Part shown: positions 11,107-23,437 of the stretch, piece by piece
How the letters are laid out: each line of letters starts with the position of its first letter
Numbering within the stretch: the first letter of the stretch is position 1
From: Protoeuglena noctilucae
Lineage: Eukaryota
Direction of reading: 5' to 3'
Assembly (NCBI GenBank): GCA_958009085.1
Contig: OY253669.1
Coordinates: 868,001-932,000 of the forward strand
DNA: 64,000 bases
The notes under the pieces: generated by a model
Told to the model about the DNA's origin: nothing
The model's input: only the letters and a program-made list of their open reading frames with translations
Database searches by the model: none
Translations under genes and position numbers: made by a program

Positions 11107-12515
11107 CTAGGCCGACGCCGCGGTAGAGACCTCGTCGGTCGGGTTGAGCATCATGAGCGGCAGCTCGGGCTTGTACTGCTTCTCCTTCTCCCACGCGATC
11201 TGCGCCATGAGCGTGATCTTGGACTTTGCGTCGCGCTCGTCCAGGGCAGGGGACGTGAAGGCCACCCGGATGCCCTGCACCGCGTCCTCGGTCGTGACCG
11301 TCAGGTAGCACCCCAGGCGGTCCACCCACATGAGCTCCGCGCCGCGGATCTGCGCGGGACGCACCGGGCAAGAGCCGCTCGCAGCCCTCCAATGTGAAAT
11401 AAGGCGTGGGCAACGGGCAGCCCGGCACCATCGCACGCACCTGCGACATGCGCACGCCCACCGCTGACGCCCCGATCCTCGTGATCTCGTCCGCCCTCGT
11501 GCGGTTGAAGTCCGCGACGATCTGCTCCGCCACGCTCTGGAGAGGGTCGGGCGTGGCGCGGACGTACTGGTCGCCAGGGATGGCCTCGGCCTCCGAGCCC
11601 TTGCCCAGGCCGCCCACGTGGAACACCTGGAGGCAGGCAGAAGCGAGCCATGTAGGTGCCTGCGCACGGTGCGCTGTTAGCTTGACGGACAAACCTCTGT
11701 GGCTGCCCTCGCCTGTTCGACCGACAGCCTCCAGAACTCGTCCTCGCTGGACACTGCGTCCACCCCGATGCCGGGACCGTGCTGCGCCATATGCAACGCC
11801 GCAAATTGCTCCGCCTCCTCCGCCTGCACGGGCTCGGCCTTCCCGATGAGCGTCACGCGGGCCAGCGCGCGTGCGGGCATGTTGGGCGGCTGGACGAAGA
11901 CCGAGCAGCGGGCGTCGTTCCGGAGGTTCGCCGTGTGGACCGCGTCCTTACTGCGGATCGCCAGCGCGGGCGCGGTGAGCCAGTCGAGGGGAGGCAGGGC
12001 CACACCATTGGGATATGGATCGCGTAAGCGGCACGGCGCTGCCACGCGAGAGCGCCGGCAGCCACCCTCACCGCAGTCGCAGCACCGGGTGCCCCTCCTT
12101 GTCCAAAACGTAGCTGACGAACGTGCCGAGCGGCGCGTTGTCTCCCTGCTTCGTGGCAAGAGTCCCGAACCCGACCAGATTCACCACCGTCCGCGCCGTC
12201 TCTGCGTGATGACAGGGCAGTGCATTGCAAGCGTCATCTTACTCGTCCACCTTAGCGTCGAACGCGACCCTTCATAGGGCCATCTATTACGGGAGCGGGC
12301 CGCACGAAACGGCCGAAGCCGTGCGCACGGGCTCGACCTCGGAGGCCCTCACCCGCTGCCGATGGGATGCTGGACGACTCCGCGGAGGCTGCCCTCACGA
12401 TCACGGTCCTCAGGATCGTCGGAGATCGCCTCGCGGGTGCCGCAGCCCTCCTGCCGCTCGTGGCGCAGGGCGCCAGCGGTAGAACCGCCCGAGCAGAGAG
12501 GTGGAGGCTCGCCAT
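11107..12515 (-). CDS. Glutamyl-tRNA reductase-binding protein (GluBP/PGR7-like, PNPOx split barrel + DUF2470)
   Basis: Transit peptide, TARTVVNLVGFGTLAT, HTANLRNDARCSVFV, ARVTLIG, MWVDRLG, DERDAKSKITLMAQIAWEKEK. Confidence 0.8.
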
Positions 12516-12947
12516 GGGAGCTTAACTATTGCTTGTAGAGAGGGGGGCTTGCTCTACTTGCACGTCTCGAAGGGTCGGGCTGGGCGTTGGACTATCGGAT
12601 CGCTGCCAGGGGATTTCGGGACTCCTGATGGTGGACCTGGTTGCCTTTGATTGCGGGCGTTGACAACTCGCGAGGAACAGCTGAAGATTCAGAAAGCCCG
12701 GGTAGGGTTTGAGGCGCAAACCCAGTCAAAGCTCAAAAGCTCCAAATCTCAAGGCGGCTCCGGGTTGAGGCACCACCCCTGACAGCGTGCGGGTCTACTG
12801 AGCTGGCAGACGGCGCACCGAATTGCTCCATATCTGCCGGCAGTACCAGCATCCACGTCAGCCCAAAGCTGAGCCCCACAGCTGCCCATCCCCACCTCCC
12901 ACCGTCTGACTGACGGCGACAGCAGCCGATGGCAGGGGCCCGCAAGA

Positions 12948-15900
12948 TCATGCGAGGTAGTTGTACACAGTCTTGTCATTCGTGTCCCGCTCGAGGAACT
13001 CCCGCTCGATCAGGGACTCGATGCGCTTTTTCAGGTCGGCAGGTTGCACCGTGAACCGGAGCTGGTCGATGAGCTCGGATATGAGCAGCTTGTGCGACTG
13101 CGGGCGCTCACGAAGAGGTCCTTTTGTGTGCATCGATCGCCCCACGCCCCCGCTTGTGACCGTTGCAGCAACCCAACTGGCTCCACTCACCAGGGTCTTG
13201 CGGGCCTTCATGATGCGCACGACGGCCGCGTCAATCTGGTACTGCCTGTCCTGCGCCACGCCCTCGTTGATCTGCTGGCTCTCCTCCTGCACCTCCTTGG
13301 GCTGCACCTGGTTCAGCCGGACGCGGAACTTGTCGCTCGTGAACCCCTCGTTGAACACAAACACGTCCGTGTCCGCCACCTCCTTGCCCTTGGGCTCCTT
13401 GAGCAGCACTTGCATGCTGGGCACGCACGTCAGGCTTTGCAGCACGCGCTTGAGCTCCCCGGCCTCGATCCCCGTCTGCTCGTCCGCAAAAGAGGTAACA
13501 GAAGGTCAGCGGCCTTGCCCCTATCGCATCATATCACATCACCCTCAAACGGCCCCATGGCGACACCGGGTGCCGCACCTGGGCCTGGATTTCCGAGCAG
13601 CTGAGGCGGTCAGCCTCCGAGAAGGCCAGGAGCACGGAGCACTGCAGCTGCGACACGACGAGCTCGCGCGCGCCCTTGCGGAACTGCGCCTTGACCGTGC
13701 AGGTGCCCTGGGACGGCACCCACGAGAGGTTGCGCCCCGAGTGCTTGCTCAGGTAGAAGGACGTGAAGGCCTCCTGGGCGCGCACGAGCTCCGCGGGGAG
13801 CGTGCACGTGGTGGAGGGGTAGCTGGGCCAGTGCCCCGCCGTCAAGACGCTGACGGAGATGTCGACGCCGCTGGGCGACGCCTCGAGGTACTGCGGTGCT
13901 CGCTTGGCCAGGCCCATGAGCTCCCGCGACAGCTCCATGTCCCGGAACATGCCCTCCAGCTTGTTCGTGAACTGCGCCCCGCACTCCTCCTGCGGGCCGG
14001 CACGCGCAGGTGGGTGGCGAGTGACGTGGGTGACGCGCTGCCTTCATCGCACCCCACCATCCCAATGTCAGCCATCTCCAGCCCAGCCCAGCCCAGCCTC
14101 GCCTTCAGCAGGGCGAGCATCTTGCGCTCGGCGTCCTCCGACGAGCTCCGCTCCAGCAGCAGCCGCCTTGCCAGGTGCCGCTTGTAGAAGGCCTCGAACA
14201 CATCCTTGCCTTGCACCAGCCGGAAGATCGACAAGGCGTCCTCCATGCTCTTCTGCGGGAGGGGAGGCTCGGAAGGTGTCCGCGTGTGTCACTCCCTCAC
14301 GCAAGCGGCAACTGCCGAATCGCAACGGGCCGTTGCAAGCATGGAAACGTGCTGTGGTGGGGTACCGCCCCTCCCCGCACCTCGAGCTCCTGGTCCGAGA
14401 TGCGCTTGACACCCGCCCGCAGCTTCTGGTCCAGGAACTTGGCCAGCAGCTCGGCCGGGCGGTTCTGGCGACTGTTGACGGCCGACTCCAGATTGTCCTT
14501 CATGGAGCGCGCGAAGGCCTCGTCGGACGCGAGGCTCTCCCGCAGCGCGGTCAGGAGCGCGGCCCGGAGCGCCAGCAGTCGGTCTACCATGTCCTTGTCG
14601 CGCCCCGTGTCCTGCACTACCTCGGTCCCTCGCTTGCGCACGTACGCGGCCCACGCGTCCCGCAGGCGCCCGACCTCTCCCACGCGCGCCAGCATGGTGT
14701 AGAGCCGCCGCAGGTCCGACACCCGGCCCTCGTCCAGCAGCTTCGCCGCCCCCGCGTCCACCAGCAAGGCCGCGTGACGCCGCACCAGCTCCTCCTCCAG
14801 CACCGAAACCATCGGGCGCCGCGTCGACGCCTCCAGGCACGCTGCGCGAAGGCCACACAACTTGCGGTCGTTTCCCTCGCCAGCGCGTGCGCAGCGACCG
14901 TAGCGGCACCGGCCCCGCACCGCCCCAGGCACGCACTCACCCGCGCACCGCTCCTCCTCCGCCGCCATCTGCGCGTCGACGGCCACGAGGTACCCCGCGA
15001 CGTCCGTGCCCGTGCCCAGCTGCGCGGCAGAGTCGCGCCGATAGTGCTCGCGAGCCCGCGTCAGCACCCGGGGCTCAAGCTCCGGGGCGTACATGCCCAG
15101 CTGCGCGAACATCTTGGTCAGCGTGCGCAGCAGCGCGCGATGGGACGCCTCGCCCTCCCGGTCCCGCTGGACCTCGTCATCCAAAGCCCGGAGGAGGCGC
15201 TCGTGCAGAGGCGCGCGCGCAAGCAGACCCTGGGCCACGAGACGCAGCGTGCGGTCGTGGATCGAATCCGAGACGCCTCCTCGAGCGACAAGAAAGCGAT
15301 CTAGCGCCAGGAAGACGTCGCGCACCAGCCGAGACTGCAGTCCAGGGCACACGAAGGGTGCTTACTTATGCGCCCCCGAGACGACGCGGCGGGCGCGTGG
15401 GGTTCGCGACGATCCGCCCTTTGTTTGCTTGGGCCACTTATTCTGCACCGTGATGGCCCGCGTGGCCCGTCGCCCGCCCGAGTGCCGCGGCCGGGACTCA
15501 CTTGCTCGCAGTGCGCCTCCCAGAGGGCCGCCACCCGCGACAGGAAGGCTCGCGGGTCCTCCGCCGCCGTCTGTTGAAGCGCGTTGAGTCGCTCGTTGAC
15601 GCACTTGTCCCAGAGCGCCATCAGCTGCGGAACGACGGGGGCCAGGTGGGGAAACTCGCGCCCAGTCTCCCCACGGGGCCGCGCCCAGGGGTGATGCGCG
15701 CCACGTTGCAACGAGTCCTCTCATCTCACCTTGGTGAGCACGGAGTCCTGCAGGTGAATCGCGCAGAGGTCCTCCACGGCCCGATAGAGCTCCTCCAGGG
15801 AATGCGACACGGGCTGCGAGTTCTGGACAGCCTCCACAGCGGTCTGCAGCATTCTCCACGTCTTCTGTGAAATCCACAGAAAGCATCCGGAGTTCCTCGC

Positions 15901-16328
15901 CAGGGACCCGAGGCGTCGCGGGGCGCGGGGGAGCGAAACAGACGAGCAACCCGTGCCACGCGAGAGAGGGTCCCGGGCTTCTTCCCGGCACGCAACGAGA
16001 TCTCGCCAAGCAGCAGGATGGAACCGCATGCGGAAAGCGTGACTTATGAAATCCTGGGCGGAGCTGCGCAGGCTGCAAAAGTCCTGGGAACCCTGACAGC
16101 CCTCCCCCCGAGGCCCTGAGGGGCCGCGCGCCGATGCCTATGACCCCGACATAAGCATGTTACCGCACACACCTCCTCGAAGTCGGTGGGGAGCTGTGGT
16201 TGGCTCTTCAGGGGCTTGATGGTCAGTTTCGCCCCGGCCTTCTTCAGCTGCAGGTGGGACGCCGCCCCGTTCATGCCTCCCCTCAGCATCCTGCTGCTGC
16301 TGCTGCCATTCGTCGGGGGGTATAGCAT
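12948..16328 (-). CDS. CUL4: Cullin-4
   Basis: KLTIKPLKSQPQLPTDFEE, SLEELYRAVEDLC, NRPAELLAKFLD, GKDVFEAFYKRHLARRLL, neddylation domain DRQYQIDAAVVRIMKARK, and terminal YNYLA*. Confidence 0.95.
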
Positions 16329-16626
16329 TGGCTGGCCCCCCGATCCCTGCAACGCCCCGAACAGCGCACTGGTGGCCAGGAGAGCGAAATCAGCACTCGA
16401 CGGATACACGCAGCCGCTTCCCGTCCAGCAGTAGGCAAATCGCGTCTCCGAGCGCCTCCGGATGTCCGGGGAGCCTCGCGTCTGGCGCTGGTGCGCCCGT
16501 GTTAGAGCAGCCTGGACCTCAAGGCGCAGCACTCGCGCTGCTCAGCATCCAGTCGCGCTCCTAGCGCCATCTCCCGTCGGCCTGGACCGCTCGCCACCGT
16601 GCGCGTCGCGGCCGCGCTGCAAAGCG

Positions 16627-19600
16627 ATGATCGTAACCAGGGATGCCAGCGTATCCTCTCGCCTCTGCGCTGGCTGCACGTGGCTAGCCCGCCGATGGTT
16701 GCACGAAAAGCCCAGCTACGCGGACAATGACGACGGCATGGCGGGGATGCCAGGTGCGCCGGATAAGCGCAGCGCAAGTCTGGCCACGCCCTCCCGAGGC
16801 CGCTCCCGCTCACCACCCGCGCTGCTGGGTGGGCGCAGGGCACCGACAGCTGCCGACGGAGCTACCTGGCGCGACGGGCCGACAACGGAAGAGGCCAGGG
16901 TCCTACTTGTCCCTCTACGGCCGCGACCTCACGTTGGAGGCGCGTGCGGGGCGCTTGACTCCCGTGGTCGGCAGGGAGCGTGAGGTGTCGCATGTCCTGC
17001 GGGTGCTGATGAAGCGCGAGAAGTCGAACCCCGTCCTGGTGGGCCCCCCTGGGTGAGCGGTGGCTCGCGGGTGCAGGTGCAAGCGCTCGTGTTGGTGTCA
17101 CCTAGCCCAGGTGGACGGTGCACCTTCAGCGTCATCCCAGGGTCGGTAAGACGGCCATCGTGGAGGGCGTCGCGCAGCGCATGGCCCAGGGTCTCCCCGG
17201 CATGGAGGCGATGCGCGTGGTGGCTCTCGATGTGGGCGGCCTGGTGGCGGGGACGCAGTACCGTGGCTCATTCGAGGACCGCGTGCAGGTGCGCTGCTGC
17301 TCGTGCTATCTGACGTGACCAGGACATGCACATTGCACATATGGACTCATCGGTATGCTTTCTGAGGAGAGCAAAGCATGGGCATTGTGCCCGTTCTTTA
17401 CCCATCATAGCAACATGCGTCTTCTACGCCCATGTGGAATCATGGGTATGCTCTCTGAGGTGACCAGGACATGCAATTACGCCTGTAAACCCATCATCCA
17501 TATTACCGCACTGCTCACCCACGCCCAGGGTGTACTGGAGGACCTCGCTGCGTCGCAGGGGGGCAGGTGGTCTTGTTCGTCGACGAGGTGCACTTGCTGC
17601 TGGGAGCCGGGAGCTCAGACGGGGGCATGAACGCAGCCAACCTGTTCAAGCCCGCCCTGTCACAGGGCGGAATGCGGTTCATCGGGGCAACGACCCCGGA
17701 GGAGTGGGCGCAGCATGTGGAGCAGGACGCGGCGTTCGCACGGCGGCTGCAGCGGGTCGCCGTGCACGAGCCCACCCCGGCGGAGGCGACGGCGTGGCTG
17801 ACGCGACTCGCGGGCGTCTACGAGGCGCACCACGGGGTCGCCATTCACCTGGACGTGCCCGCCGCGGCTGTGGAGACCGCCAGGTGTGCGTTTGACGTCG
17901 CACACCGCACACTGTGTGCCTGGCGCCAAAGGCCTTGTCCAGTCCTGCATAGCCAGTCTTATACAGACATGGTGCATCTCCGTCGCAGGCGCTACCTGAC
18001 AAGCAGGTACCTCCCCGACTCAGCGATCGACGTGCTCGACGAGGCGTGTGCCAGAGTGCGCATTCAAGAGGTCCAGGCGACGCCAGGGGCGGTCGCGATG
18101 GGCCCAAGCGTGGGAGCAACGGAGCAACACGTGCAGCCACCGTCGGCGATGCACACCCAGGGGAGCATTCCCTGCCCTGTCCCTGACGCTCGCCCTCCGC
18201 ACGGCCGGGAGGCGCGCGTGGGTGTGGCGGAGCTGCCGCGTCCCTGTCCCCACTGTGCCTTTCCCGTCCCAAGCACACCGTCCTCGCTCATCACCTGCCC
18301 GAGGCGAGGTGGCTGACACGAGCCAAGCAGCTTGGTGCAGCCTAGCACGTCCTGCACCTGACCTCCTCGCCTGCTATCGTGCTGCAAGCCAGTCTGCGCC
18401 CTTACCTCCCGTCCCCCGCAGGTGTGCATGTACCTTCCTGAACACAAACCCCCAGGACCTGGCCCTGGGTGTGTCTGTGCTCTGGAGTAAGGGCATGCGG
18501 CCGCCACAGGCAGGGGTGGCGGATGCACGGGGGCACTCTGGCAACGGGAGCACAGGGGAGGCACAGAGGCGCATGGGGCAAGTGGCACCGGGAGGATCAG
18601 GCGATGCATCGATGAGAGCGGAATGCCATGAAACTGCACGAGACGATGTCAGAGAGCCGAGCGAGGCGGATCAGAGGGCTTCGTCTTCGGGGTCTACGGT
18701 GCAGCAGGCGGCAGCTGTGTCGGGGAGGGGGCGCGTGCCGACAGTGACGGTCGGCGACGTGCTGGCAGTCGCACAGGAGATGACCGGGGTGCCCATGGAG
18801 ACTTGGGCATCAAGAGCGGGCGGTGAGATGGGTGGGGCGTGGGGCCCTGGCCTCGCGGACCAGCTCAGGAGCGCCGTTGTGGGTCAAGACGAGGCGGCGG
18901 AAGCGGTGGCCCAGGCCCTGCGTGTCGGGCAGCTCACGCAGGGCGGGGCGGGCGGCGGGGGTGCGTCGCGCCGGCCGCTAGCTGCGTTCGCGTTGGTGGG
19001 CCGCCAGGGGTGCGGGCGCACGCTCTTGTGCCAGGCGCTCGCCAGGGAGGTGTTTGGGGAAGACGCCGTGGTGCGCCTGAACCTGAGCGAGTACTCTCAG
19101 GCCTCAGCAGTCGCCAAGCTCATCGGGGCGCCTCCGGGGTACGTCGGGTACGGCCGCGGGGGTATGCTGACACAGGCGAGTGCACCCCTAGCCGCTGTCG
19201 GCCTGGCATTGCGGGCGAGCTTGCGACCCCGCTGCAGGCGAGGTGGCACAGTGCATTGCGTCCGCAGGCAATACGCGACCGGCCCCACTCGCTGGTGGTC
19301 CTGGAGAACCCCTGGCAGGCGCACCCGGACGTGCGGAGTCTCCTGGCTCAGGTTCTGCAGAGGGGAGTCCTCACGGACAGCCAGGGCCGCACGGCGGATT
19401 TCTCTCACTGCGTGATCGCGGTGCTGTGCCAGCCGCGCCCGCCACGGCAGTGGGCCTCAGCGGGCCTCGACCAAGCGAGGGGCGCCAGCGCTGGCACTGC
19501 GTCTGTGGCTCGCGTGCCGGGGCCATCCCAAGCCCCGGGGCGACCGGCGGGCATAGGCGCGGCCCCCGTCGCTGCCGACCCCGCGTCTGGGTTCCGCTTG

Positions 19601-20369
19601 GCAGAGGATGGGACATTGGAGATCCCAGGACTGGCCTCGCAAGGGGCGGGGCACTCGGAGACTCCGCCAATTCACGCCCCAATCGGCGCAGACGTCTTTG
19701 CGCCATGGGATGCGCCTGGCTCAGCGGCGGGGCGGGAAGGCGGGGTCACTGCCGGGGTCGCCACGCCGCCAGCCTGGGGCGAGGAGGGCGACTCGCTGCC
19801 GCTCGACGCCGACGCCCCTGCCGTGGCCGATGCCGAGGTGGCGCCGGGCGTGGCAGCTGCGGCAGGACCAGCACCCTGGCAAGTCTCCGAGGCGGTGCCA
19901 GAGGAGTTCGCGTGCGGTGCCTTGGATGCCGTCATCCTCATGCGCGACCTCACGGAGAGCGACATTCGAATCATCAGTGAGTGCTGCCGTCGCCAGGCGT
20001 GTGGTGCGGTTACACCGTGGCATGCCTGCCGACACTCGACCCAGCACCTCACTTCTTTTGTGCTCTGCAGCGGAGAGGGAGGTGGCGGCGACGCTGGGTG
20101 CCGTGCAGCTCGCATCGGGAGTCTCCATCTCTTTGTCGGATGAGTGCATGGGGCTCTTGACGACGGAGGCCATGCGCCGGGGGGGCCGCGGGTCAGACGC
20201 TGAAGGGGCGGTGCGGGGGCTGCTGCTCCCGGCCATTGCCGACGCCGTCGCTGAGGCGTGGCTTGGGGGCGGCGAGGGGCGCGGGGCGGGGGCTACGGGG
20301 CGCATAGAGGTGCACGTCAGAGCTGCTGACGGGGCCCGTCTCATTACGACTGCGACTGGGCGTGGCTGA
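16627..20369 (+). CDS. Divergent class-1 Clp/Hsp100 AAA+ ATPase (ClpB/ClpC-related)
   Basis: NBD1: [58 protein letters not shown]2: [32 protein letters not shown]. One frame problem near 17558-17566. Confidence 0.85.
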
Positions 20370-20584
20370 CGGGGCTCTGCGTGTCGCTCTGGGTGTGCTG
20401 GCTGTTCAAGCACGCAGCGCGGCTGGAGTGGAGATAGAGTAGGAATGCGGCATCGCAGTGAGGTGCGCCTAGAACCGCCAATGAGGGCGACTGGTGTGGA
20501 TGGCAGTGGATGCACAGAATGGAGGAACGAGCAAAGGGGTTGGCTGAACGCGACAAGAGCGCATGCATGCCACGCGGCGTCCCG

Positions 20585-23150
20585 TCATAGCGCGAGGGCC
20601 ATGCCTGGGATCTCACAGAGATGCTGCGTGAGGATGGTCACGGAGGAGTGGCAGGGACCGTGGCTCGTGACCGAGACGCTCGGCACGGCATCGGAGACCA
20701 ACTCCGACCGGCAGGCCATGTACAGGTCCGCCGACCGCTCGATGTGGGAGGGGCTGCCCTGCAAGCGAGAGGAGGATGCGAGTGGGGAAGTCAGGGAGTT
20801 AGAGGTTCATACTTAGACCGCCGGCATGCCAACCCGATCGCTCTGCCGCCCCGCAAGCACAGCAGGGCGAGCAGGCACGCCACCCCAGCCGAGCAAGCAC
20901 CACCGGCCTTGGCAAACCCCCCGAGCCCTGCGCCTCGCCTCTGGGCACTCGGATCCCCAGGTGTAGACGTGGACGATGGCCCGGTGCTTGACCGGCCAGC
21001 CCTCCCTGCCCTGGAATGGCAGCACCGTGACCTGGCGTGACGAGGCCAGGCTGGCCTGCCAGTTGAAGCGGCCCAGCAGGCGCTGTTCGACGCCGTTGTC
21101 AGGGTCGCGGCCATCGCTCGGGCGGAACTGCTTGATGCTGCGGGGGCACGTGGGGCGAGGGGGGTGAGGCGGGGGCACGAAGGGCCCGCATGGAGAGATG
21201 CCAGCCACCAAGACGATCACCCAGGCCCACTGTCACTCCAGCCAATCGTGTCAACGCGACGTTTTAGCATTGTCACGAGTGATGGCGCACCGACAGGCTG
21301 TCAAACCCCATAACAGAATGACCGCACCTGGCACCGGGGCAGACCTCGTAGACCCAGGGGCCCTGGGCGTCCACGACGCACTCCCCCGCCGTCCGGCGCT
21401 GCAGATGGCCCGTGATGGCGGCCTGGGAGGCGACAGACAGGGCGGCACGTGACATGCGTGTCCCGCGAACCCAGAAGACTTTGGGCGTCTGCGTTTGCCT
21501 GCGCTGTGCCTGTCTTTCCCACCCCGGCCTCGCCTGGTACTCCATGTGCTTCGCGGGGGCCTGCATGTCGAGCCAAAATCGCTCGCGCTGGTCGGGAGGT
21601 GGGCACAGCCCGCATGCCTTGGGGCAGTTGAGGAGCATGTAGGCGGGGTTGACGGCGCACTCGCCGTCCCTGGCCCACCCGGGGCACTTCGAGTGGCCAT
21701 CCTTGCAAGGAAGGCGGTCCTGGAGCGGAGCCGTGGCCGCCGCGCCGCTCCCGGTCCCCAGCCCCAGGGACGTCGACTCTGCTGCGGCTTGCTGCAGCCG
21801 CCACTCGCGCGCTCCTCAGGCTCCCCAGGCCCACCCCGGGGCCCTCCAGGTGTATGGCAGCGAGGCGCTTCGCCAGGTCCGCGTCGCACACCCCGGCGTC
21901 CGTCAGCACTTGCAGCACGATGTCTGTCTGCTGCTGCACGAAGTTCTCCAAAAACACCTGGGGCTCTGCGGCGCTCCCTCTCGCCTGCAACATCTCCGTG
22001 GCGACCTGCGTGGGAGCATCACGACTGCGGATCACGCCTGCTGGGAGCCGACAGGCCGTTTGCTATTAGACAGCACCGCACTGCGTGTCAAGCTGCCTGT
22101 CCCCCGCCCTGTGGCTCACCATCCGCGCCGCCACGAGCTGAGATACCATCGACACGGGCTTCTCCATCAATTCGAATGACAGCATCTCCTCGACGCTTTC
22201 CACCACCGCCCGACAGGCGAGCGCCACGGCGGAGATCTCTGCGCAACCACGACCGTGAAAGCGTGGGGTGGGTGCGATAGAAGCTACACATGGCACGCAT
22301 TCATCGTACTGTCTCGGATGCATGAACCGCTCACCGATGGACGACGGGCGAAGGCCGTTTTCACGAAACACCAGCGCCACCGGTAGGGGCTGGCCGGGGT
22401 GCGTGGCCGCGTTGGGGTCCTCCACCATTGCGTAGTCTCTGAGCACGACGTCCGCGGCTTGGGTGCTGCAGAAGGAGTGGACGGCGTCCATGACGGGGGT
22501 CATGCTGACGATGCGAGGGGAGTGCATCCTGGGAGCGCGGGGTAGGGGTGGGCGGCGGTGGGCGATGTGCTGGGGGAGGTCGGCAGGGTAAGGGCCGGGC
22601 CAGTACATGCTCCTCGTCTCACCCGTACATGGCGGAGGCCAGGTTGCAGGCCTCGACCAATGCGAAGAATCCCACGGCGCAACGCAGCTCGGTGTTCGCT
22701 GCGACGTGGAGGTCCAGGCGGGCGGCGGAGGATGACACGGGCAGGGCGCGGACCACCGCAGCGGGCGCGAGCGCGGACACGCGGGTCGCGCGGACCTCCC
22801 GTCTGGCCAAACCGTGCAGCCCTTCCAAGCTTAGCGGGCCATCCCCGCTATCGTAGACCAAGACGCTGCCGGTGGGCGCTGGGGAGCCCCGGGGGAGGCC
22901 CGCGATGAGTTCCGGGAGCAGGTTCAGCACGTAGTTTTGCAGCACGCCGTCGTAGGCCCACATACGCTCCTCGTATTCGACGAGCTGCGGGAGGGAGAGT
23001 GGCCATGCTCCAGTAAAGCTTCACGCGACGCGCTGCGAAGGCCATCCTGCGCTCGCTGGCGGCATTTACCGGAACACTTAGCTCCTGCGGGGCGACCAGC
23101 GCCAAGAGGAGCCCCAGGCCGCAGGCCCACGCCAGCGAGCGGGCCCCCAT
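20585..23150 (-). CDS. Secretory-pathway protein with ShKT domain and C-terminal MRH (OS-9/PRKCSH-like) domain
   Basis: Signal peptide MGARSLAWACGLGLLLALVA; ShKT CKDGHSKCPGWARDGECAVNPAYMLLNCPKACGLC; MRH-like CVVDAQGPWVYEVCP..IKQF..LLGRF..YTWGSEC..RSADLYMAC..PCHSSVTILTQHLC. Confidence 0.75.
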
Positions 23151-23437
23151 CGGCCGCTCACAGCCAAGACCGCAAGCCAGGAGTCGCCATGAGTGCCACG
23201 CACTCTAGAGCAGTGCGAGCGTGCAAATGACCCACTTTTCTCTGCCCCTGCTCTGCCGACGCGCAACAAGAGCGCCTGCGACAGACAGCGGCAGCGGTGT
23301 CACAGCCAGAAGACGTCCTGTGCGTCCTCCTCCGGGTTCCATCATATCAGATCGCTGCGATCGCGGCGCATCGAAGCAACCAGTGCGCCGGGCGCTCCCG
23401 TCTCTGCGCTGCGTCGAAAGCTCGGCCACGGAGCTTG

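Noticed and set aside
13859..15304. Long + strand ORFs (481 aa here; similar cases at 12961-14187, 50487-51713, 4152-5480)
   Set aside because: Antisense to conserved genes (CUL4, HisC, TPR). Long stop-free shadow frames are expected at this GC content.
23189..23230. ATG only ~38 bp from the divergent ShKT-MRH start as the URI1 start
   Set aside because: Short frame with no convincing splice path; ATG 23438 fits better.
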